NCBI GenBank assembly: GCA_040143965.1
Contig: JASJQH010000024.1
Location: 1 to 46,356, forward strand
Origin: Basidiobolus ranarum
Lineage: Eukaryota
Length of the DNA: 46,356 nucleotides
Reading direction: 5' to 3'
Under the pieces are notes generated by a model. The model did no database searches. It saw only the letters and a list, made by a program, of their open reading frames with translations, and was not told the origin of the DNA. The position numbers and the translations under genes are program-made. This document shows positions 44,802-46,356 of this stretch, in pieces; positions within the stretch are counted from its first letter, which is position 1, and each line of letters begins with the position of its first letter.

Positions 44802-45722
44802 AAACCTTATCCCCTTTGCCTTCCTCACCTTCTCGCTTACCCCAATCCATTAATCTGTTCTTGTCGAACTCTCACATGCATTCTTCAGCACCTATCATAT
44901 TACTCCACCACCTGGCACACCCTTTCATCTAGATCTACTAAGTGTTACCTGAAGATATAAATCTTCGCTCGAGATTCGGCCGACATCTATGGTTGATTAT
45001 CGTAGTCTAGATGATCAAGGTGAAGATGATCGTAGTTGCACAACCATTTTCCACTCTAAGCTACAGTAACATTTTCCATCATATTAAGTGCTTATGTATA
45101 TACATGCCTAGCTAAGCAACGGAAACCTAGATTAATACTTGACTGCTTGTATAACTTCAATACAAAACTCTAATTAGCCTAATCTACTACAAATATACTC
45201 TCGATACGTCGTTGTATCACTTTCAAGGTATTGGCCACCGTATCTGTACAAGGTTGAATGTCTGAATATTTTCAAAGTAACTGATGTCACATACAGTAGA
45301 TATGCTTAAGTGAAGCGGCTCTTTGGCTCTCAGACTATCCCAGTGGAACTTTTCCTGGATCAAAACTCAAGCCAGTTCGAACTGCTAGTCGCAAATCTTT
45401 AACAGACAGATTGAGTAATTTCATCTTGGAAATCTTATAATATTGGATTTGTATTGATGGACAAGTTCAATGACTCCGGCTGGTCCATATAAGATAACAT
45501 ATATTTCATATATATTATGTTTGCTAGTACCAATCAACTCTCTTCGTGTCTACCAATAAAGGATACAAGCCTACCAAACTATCAGATGTTCAATACATTT
45601 ATTATTTCCATGTTGGCAGACATATATTGTCAAAAATGACATGGCTTATGTTGAAATAAGCATAGACGAAGCATCTATATAGTTATATAATGCTTGGTAT
45701 TTACTTAACCTATATTTTATCA

Positions 45723-45894
45723 AATGTGCTAAGTTTGGGGCCTCTAGCAGAAGTTTGAAAAATCCATGTATATGAGAACTTCTAAGTAAATTCTGATTGA
45801 TAATAGAGTGTGTAATCTTATTGAGATATAGAAAAACTAAATACTAAGCATTGTATAACTATATAGATGTTTAGGCTATGTTTATTTCAACCAA
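45723..45894. repeat. Degenerate dispersed repeat (copy 2)
   Basis: Direct-orientation similarity to 613-803 with a ~20-nt deletion. Confidence 0.75.
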
Positions 45895-46140
45895 AACCAC
45901 CAATTCTTCTAGTCTTCCAAATCACTTCGAACAACTCCCAAAAATACTTCCACATATATATCATACATATAAATGTTAAATAGAGCCCATTTTGATATAT
46001 ATACTACTTATCATGAGAGACAGAAAACTGGTCTCTTTCAACTCTTTTCCCGATTTTGACTTTTTGCACCAATATTTAGCAAATTATGAAAATGCTAGGG
46101 GGAAATGTTACTTCAGGAGTCACTTTCAAAGAATTGATTG

Positions 46141-46356
46141 TGTTGGAGGATCTTGACATAATGGGGGTAGACTTTGAGTATTAGAAGCAACTTATGATAG
46201 TGTGTTTTAGTTACTTTATTCTTAAGAGTATATGGAGACTTATACAGTAGAAAAGTAAATCAATTGTTTGAGATATTCAGGAGTTTGTGTAATAAGATAT
46301 AATAGATAAGTGGGGGTAATAAGACATACTTGTTATATAGATATAGAGATATTCCT
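46141..46356 (-). mobile_element. Ty1/copia LTR, 3' portion, reverse orientation, truncated by window end
   Basis: Reverse complement matches 234-447 without gaps (14 mismatches in 214 nt by hand count). Ends in canonical TCCAACA at 46141 and is not followed by a TGG primer-binding site, so it is a 3' or solo LTR. Confidence 0.87.

Noticed and set aside
1-46356. Whole window as a giant TIR-bounded or composite transposon (or Starship-like element) carrying cargo
   Set aside because: The inverted repeats are copia LTRs (PPT, RNase H tail, TG...CA ends). No transposase or tyrosine recombinase was seen, and the internal genes are ordinary housekeeping genes.

Overview
Eukaryotic, intron-containing, AT-rich genomic DNA with short GT-AG introns and CTAAC/CTAAT branch points. 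Gene content suggests an early-diverging fungus (Zoopagomycota/Basidiobolus-like; this is inference). About 17 protein genes were reconstructed by eye: a TPR-like/EF-hand protein, cyanase, BAP31/Yet, a ThrE/PRM10-like transporter, yeast-type DPM1, mitochondrial PheRS, group III G-alpha, a 78-aa orphan ORF, a DOCK1-5-type GEF, a DDIAS-like OB-fold/Zn protein, xanthine dehydrogenase, a CRAL-TRIO protein, a Ubl-RGS repeat protein, GST-zeta/MAAI, a DUF6787-like mitochondrial protein, a RING-RRM protein and a 7TM orphan. Both ends are CpG-depleted transposon islands. The left end holds a Ty1/copia 3' end (RNase H tail, PPT, 317-bp LTR); the right end holds an oppositely oriented copy of the same LTR; each LTR lies next to a copy of an older shared repeat. 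The best candidates for undescribed biology are (1) a fungal DDIAS homologue with a tail of TOPBP1/Rad4-BRCT-type docking motifs, (2) an RGS protein with a Net1-N-like ubiquitin fold and six KLxx(F/L)(F/L)G repeats, (3) a TATA-driven microprotein with RSxTWP and LxxIxE motifs, and (4) a 5-nt microexon that sets the G-alpha C-terminal helix. No database searches were run; family calls come from recognised motifs.
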